Shown here: in pieces, positions 60,881-64,000 of the stretch
How the letters are laid out: each line of letters opens with the position of its first letter
Position numbering within the stretch: position 1 is the stretch's first letter
DNA from: Mustelus asterias
Taxonomy: Eukaryota
Direction of reading: 5' to 3'
Assembly (NCBI RefSeq): GCF_964213995.1
Contig: NC_135830.1
Coordinates: 13,888,001-13,952,000 of the forward strand
Length of the DNA: 64,000 bases
Program-made: the position numbers and the translations under genes
The notes under the pieces: model-generated
Database searches by the model: none
The model's input: the letters and a program-made list of their open reading frames with translations, nothing else
Told to the model about the DNA's origin: nothing

Positions 60881-63218
60881 CTGAGATGGTCAATTAAATC
60901 CCTTCAGATGTACAAATCTTCAGATCCCGATGAACCGATTGACTCTGTCTGACGTGAGATTCGATCATCCAGACTGCAGATCCTTCTCTTCAATTTCCTG
61001 CAAAATAAGTTTACAAAGAATTACATGGATGGCAGAGTGGTTCGTACTCCTGCCTCACAGCACCAGGGACCTGGGTTCGATTGTGGCCTTGGTTACCTGT
61101 CTGTCTGGAGTTTGCGCATTCTCCTCGTGTCTGTGTGGGTTTCCTCCGGGTGCTCCAGTTTCCTCCCACTCTCCAAAGATGTGTGGGTTAGGTGGTTGCC
61201 CCTTTCTGTCCCAAGATGTGTAGGTTAGGGAGATAAGCAGGGTAAATATGTGGGGTTACGGAATATGCCTGGGTGGGATGGTCTGAAAGGCCTCCTTCTG
61301 CACTGTAGAGATTCTATGAATACATGAGATACACAAAACACAAACAGGCCAGTCTAATTTTTAAATTCATTTTTAACGGGGTGTGGGCGTCGCCGACTGG
61401 GACAGCATTTATTGCCCATCCCCAACTGCCCTCCATTTCACAGGGCATTTGAGAGTCAACCACATTGCTGTGGGTTACATGTAGGCCAGACCAGTTAAGG
61501 CCAGCAGATTTCCATCCTTAAAGGACATCAGTGAACCAGATGGGCTTTTACGACAATCAACAATGGTTTCATGGTCAATATCAGACTTTTAATTGAATTT
61601 AAATTTCACCATCTGCTGTGGTGATTCGAACCTAGGTCCCCAGAACATTATCCTGGGTCTCTGGATTGCTAGTCCAGTGATAGTTCCACTGTGCCACTGC
61701 CTCCGCCGCCACCCCACCCCTGCCCTGATCTGTACTGGAATTTCTAATCCACACAAATCTCCTCTCATTCTGCTCACCTCAACTCAACTTTTTAATCCCT
61801 TTTCTCTCATGTTCTCATCTGGTTTCCTTTTTAAAGCATCTAAAGTATTTGTCTCAACCACTTCCAGTCGCAGTGAGTTCCATATTCTAACAAGAAATAA
61901 ATATCTCCTCCTGTTTGATTTATTCATCTCTGTTGTCTGTTCATGGTTCCCAGTATTGGAAACACCAACAAGTGGAAACATTCCATTCACATCCTCCGAC
62001 TTATCCCATTCAGAAAGCCCATATCAGAAGAGACAACTCTTGGTTTGAGCTTGTGTGTAAATCCTCCCTTTCTAACCCCCTGTTTAAGAAAAAGTGTCCA
62101 AAATCCATCACGATAGAAAATCGCAATATTATCTCAGGTACAAGTAATTCAGAAAGCTATTATTTATTATGAGGGGAATTGAGTAAAAGCAGTGAAGTTA
62201 TGTTTCAGTTGCACAGGGCATTGGTTAGACATATCTGGAGCAGTGTGTACATTATCGGTTTCCTTATTTAAGGAAAAATATGAGTGCATATTATTCTTTA
62301 ACTGCTTTATGAGAAGCAGTTCATAGTAGGTTTAGTAGACTAACACCTGGAATAGGTGGATTGTCTGATGAGGAGCAGTGAGACAGTCTCTGCTCGAGTT
62401 TAGCTTCTGCTCGACTTCAAAAGAGTAAGAGGCAACTTAATTTAAACCTTCAAGATTCTGAAAACTCTTGACAGGGTGGATATGGAGAGAAGGGTAAAAG
62501 CAAATTACTGCGGATGCTGGAGTCTGAAACCAAAAGAGAAAATGCTGGAAAATCTCAGCAGGTCTGGTAGCATCTGTGGGGGAGAGAAAAGAGCTGAAGC
62601 TTCGAGTCCAGATGACCTTTTGTCAAAGCATAAAAAAGGCATAGAAAGTGGGAGATGTTTACACTGTGAGGGAATGAAAGATGGGTCCAAGCCACAGGAA
62701 CCAGGGGAAAGGATGCTAATGGCAGTCCATAGAGAGAATAGAAAGCGTGAATGGCCAAACAGCAGAGAAGCTGAAGAAGTTGTGATGGATGAAGATGGGG
62801 GGGGGGGGGGGGGGGTGGATTGGAGGGAGGCAAAATTGAGAAAAAGGGGGAAAGGGGAAGCAAAGGGGGAGAAAAGGTGCTGCCTGACCTGCTGAGACTT
62901 TCCAGCATTTTCTCTTTTGGATCTGGAGAGGATGTTTACTCTCAGGGGAGAATCGAGGGAGTCGCTGTTTTAAAAAACAGCATTGCCCATTGAAAACAGA
63001 GATGAGAAGTTTTTCTCTCAGAGGGTCATGAATCTTTGAATTCACGTTCTTCAAAAGTGGAAGTAGAGTCTGATTTCAATTAGATAAATCTCTTGGGGCG
63101 ACAGGGATCAGGGTATTGAATTTGATAATCAGCCATGACAATAATGAATGGCGGCGCATGCTCGAAGGGCCGAACGGCCGACTCCCAGCTTCTATTTTCT
63201 GTGTATGTTTCTATGTAA

Positions 63219-63334
63219 GAAGTCTCACCAGGTTTACTTGGTAGCAAATACAAAATAAACCTGTTGGACTTTAACCTGGTGCTGTGAGACTTCTTACTGT
63301 GTTCACCCGAGTCCAACGCCGGCATCTCCACATC
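63219..63334 (+). mobile_element. Minimal Penelope-derived insertion
   Basis: Same terminal sequence as the other copies; flanked by ATGTTTCTATGTAA at 63205-63218 and 63335-63348. Confidence 0.8.
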
Positions 63335-63559
63335 ATGTTTCTATGTAAACATGAGGAGCCTGGGGCTGAAGTGTAACCAAAAGCTGTGTAACCGCTTTAG
63401 GTAACTATACAGGGATTGCAACCTCTCACACTGAATATGTACATGGCCCATGGACTCATCGAGGCTGCAAACAGCAGCTGCAGCCTGGGTGGGTGAAGCT
63501 GTTGAGAAACCTATTGCTCATTGTGCTATAAAACCGGGAGCTAGGACCTGGAGGGGAAG

Positions 63560-64000
63560 CAGAAACGTGAAGCCCCGCCCACTCGCTGTTGCGTCACCAA
63601 GACACCGCGCATGCGCTCTCCTCCCTGCTGAATCAAGATGGCGGCCGTTAACCTGAGCCTCGGCTCGGGAAAAAGACCGGAAGCTGCAAACACAGACCGA
63701 CGGGCTCATTTTCGAGATTTGAGGCCTTGACCAGGTATTTAGGAACCCTCTACGTCCATCCGCCGGTTCCATTACTCCCTCTATGTTTCCGCATCCTTAC
63801 CGGCTGCTGATGAGACAGAGGAACTTCGCTCCGATTGCTATCACCCACACTGTGCGTGCTGCAAACGCCGTTGCTTAATGCGCATGCTCCAGACTGTAAC
63901 ATTACTGCGCATGCGAACTACTTCCCGTGCGTTGTATGGGGACGCCTCAGCCCCGCCCCTCATTCACTCCGATTGGCTGGAGGACCAGCCGCTCCTGTTG
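63560..64000. promoter_or_regulatory. CpG-rich promoter upstream of ZNF-10
   Basis: CCCCGCCC 63573, GCGCATGCGC 63607-63616, CAAGATGGCGGC (YY1) 63634-63645, CCGGAAG (ETS) 63677, further GCGCATGC motifs, a GC box and ATTGG near the window end. Confidence 0.72.

Overview
Eukaryotic, repeat-rich vertebrate DNA, almost certainly from a shark or other elasmobranch (abundant HE1-type V-SINEs, HER1/CR1 LINEs, a DeuSINE, Penelope-like elements). The window is a birth-and-death cluster of about ten KRAB-less, single-coding-exon C2H2 zinc-finger genes (six with open ORFs, four disrupted). It was built by segmental duplication: an inverted pair at ~5.55-9.88 kb / ~18.2-24.9 kb and a direct pair at ~13.0-15.8 kb / ~50.2-53.5 kb. 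Several CpG-rich NRF1/YY1/CCAAT/GC-box promoter modules are present. Unexpected content: (1) an orphan T-cell-receptor alpha/delta-like V exon with splice acceptor, one in-frame stop and an RSS (17020-17363), possibly followed by a second leader exon; (2) many palindromic Penelope-derived insertions with 12-14 bp TSDs that carry minimal hammerhead ribozymes on both strands, plus a second family with a covariant U3-A8 core; (3) a heavily deleted fossil LTR/retrovirus-like element with integrase motifs and an env-like furin site, fusion peptide and heptad; (4) near-identical young CR1 copies, one disrupting a ZNF gene, and fold-back inverted duplications at LINE 5' junctions. All assignments were made by eye, no database searches were run, and repeat boundaries are approximate.
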